Shown one piece after another: positions 62,758 to 64,000 of a stretch of DNA of 64,000 nt. Each line of letters begins with the position of its first letter. The stretch's first letter is position 1. The position numbers and the translations under genes are program-made. Source of the stretch: Blastocystis sp. Blastoise (taxonomy: Eukaryota; Protista; Bigyra: Opalinata); the NCBI GenBank assembly GCA_039096225.1, contig JBBPEB010000002.1, positions 558,001 to 622,000 on the forward strand. The letters are read 5' to 3'. The notes beneath the pieces are model-generated. The model ran no database searches, was not told where the DNA came from, and worked only from the letters and a program-made list of their open reading frames with translations.

Positions 62758-63423
62758 TTAAGATGCAGTAAAGTATATATAAAGATTTGTATTTGATAAA
62801 TCAATTGGATTATTTAATTGATCATATACTTCCCATTGGATATCTGTATATTTACCATCAATACATGGAATAGATAAATCACTTAAAGCAAATGTATTAT
62901 CAAATCCTTGTTTAGCATATAAAGGAATAGAAATCAAATCATTATCTTTATTAATAATATCACAATACACACGTAACATATAGATCTTATACCATGAAAT
63001 ATTATTAGATATATATTCATCACTGTAAGTAATTGGTGTATTAAAGTATTCATCATCTAATCCTAAATAATAAAAGAATTCTTTATTACTAAGACTTCTT
63101 CTGAATCCACTATATGTACCAAATGTTTTTGTTTCTTTATCATAATAGAATGCACTCGTTTGTCCAGATACAGATATTGTCATATCTTTACCAAGTTCAA
63201 TTAATTTCTCAAAGAATTCTTCCAATGAATAGTTACCAGCTGGAAATGTATGTGCTGTTGCATTATTTTCAGTTATTCTGAAAGATGGAATATTAATGAT
63301 ATCACTTGTATTCACTAATGTATTGATATGAGTAATATTTTTACCTACTAAATCCAAAGTATAATTGAATTGTTCATGACAGATTTGACTTGTAATTTTA
63401 CTTAGATGAGATATTGATGTCAT
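62758..63423 (-). CDS. Minor capsid (penton) protein
   Basis: FPAGNYSL, LRVYCDII…ISIP, and IQWEVYDQLNNPIDL match the Polinton/PLV penton pattern. Lies between the MCP and the ATPase. Confidence 0.72.
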   Translation of the reverse strand: MTSISHLSKITSQICHEQFNYTLDLVGKNITHINTLVNTSDIINIPSFRITENNATAHTFPAGNYSLEEFFEKLIELGKDMTISVSGQTSAFYYDKETKTFGTYSGFRRSLSNKEFFYYLGLDDEYFNTPITYSDEYISNNISWYKIYMLRVYCDIINKDNDLISIPLYAKQGFDNTFALSDLSIPCIDGKYTDIQWEVYDQLNNPIDLSNTNLYIYFTAS

Positions 63424-63513
63424 TTTTATTAAATAAATTAATTATGAAATTATAAACAAAACAATATTTATTAAATTGTATAAATTGATAAAAGAAAATA
63501 TTATATAATTAAA

Positions 63514-63999
63514 TTAATTGGTTGCACCATCTCTAACAAATTTAACAAATATAAAATGAGCATATAAAGTATAAGTACCACTAGTAATATTTGCACCATT
63601 ATATTCAGTTAATAAGGAGATATTAACTTCACAACCACTACGAGTATTGACATCAACAACACTTGAAATAGGGAATATATAAATAGGTTGTTCATACCAC
63701 TTTTCACCATTTAAAGGAGATTGAGGATGACTATTACATCTCCAAGTATTATAAAGCATAGCATTAGGAATAATTTGTGATGGATTCGTTGTTTTATATG
63801 TAGTAGGGAAATCCGTCTTTGGTAAGATATTTTGACCACCAATTTGGAATTGACACATCTTCAATAATTCAGTCTTAATAGGAATCATACTCTTCTCTTG
63901 AGTTGTAAAATATAACATACAGTAATCAGGTACGAAAACAACACTTCTATTGGATAAGAATTGTTGTGGAGTTGGTTTACCTGCTGTTGTGAATGTTTC
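63514..63999 (-). CDS. Major capsid protein (double jelly-roll), C-terminal part
   Basis: Frame is open to the window edge. VPDYCMLYF…FQIGGQNILP…PIYIFPIS…TLYAHFIF resembles a Polinton MCP C-terminus, and the synteny fits. Confidence 0.6.
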   Translation of the reverse strand, partial: ETFTTAGKPTPQQFLSNRSVVFVPDYCMLYFTTQEKSMIPIKTELLKMCQFQIGGQNILPKTDFPTTYKTTNPSQIIPNAMLYNTWRCNSHPQSPLNGEKWYEQPIYIFPISSVVDVNTRSGCEVNISLLTEYNGANITSGTYTLYAHFIFVKFVRDGATN

Positions 64000-64000
64000 T

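Larger units (their letters stand above)
56930..64000 (-). mobile_element. Endogenous Polinton-like virus/Maverick-type element, copy 2 (continues right of the window)
   Basis: Compact, intronless, co-oriented capsid, penton, ATPase and core gene block, plus a ~1-kb terminal region shared with copy 1. Confidence 0.85.

Noticed and set aside
1-64000. Whole window as one giant TIR-bounded element
   Set aside because: The viral genes lie outside the shared termini and the upstream genes differ, so the inverted repeats are the ends of two separate elements facing inward.

Overview
Very AT-rich eukaryotic DNA with short GT-AG introns and a recurring TGTTTTGTT motif downstream of genes, consistent with a protist (a Blastocystis-like host is an inference only). 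The window is almost entirely mobile DNA. Each edge holds the end of a related Polinton-like virus/Maverick-type endogenous virus, the two pointing toward each other (1-2711 and 56930-64000). The right copy shows a major capsid C-terminus, a penton, an A32-type packaging ATPase and three probable core proteins. Both copies end in a 55-aa acidic ORF absent from the ORF track, preceded by a perfect six-unit heat-shock element, and in a ~120-bp GC-rich hairpin module. Between them lies a nest of rolling-circle elements: a ~19.6-kb RepHel-encoding Helitron (15244-34821) that splits an older Helitron at an A|T site, and several non-autonomous Helitrons. Three Helitrons carry a covarying tRNA-like cloverleaf. 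Also present are an intact DD34E Tc1/IS630 transposon with 502-bp TIRs, a Mutator foldback MITE (9-bp TSD), a CACTA MITE (3-bp TSD), a Crypton tyrosine recombinase, a hAT (Buster-type) relic, an endogenous CRESS-DNA-virus Rep and a gene made of tandem 30-nt microexons. All calls were read by eye; no searches were run.
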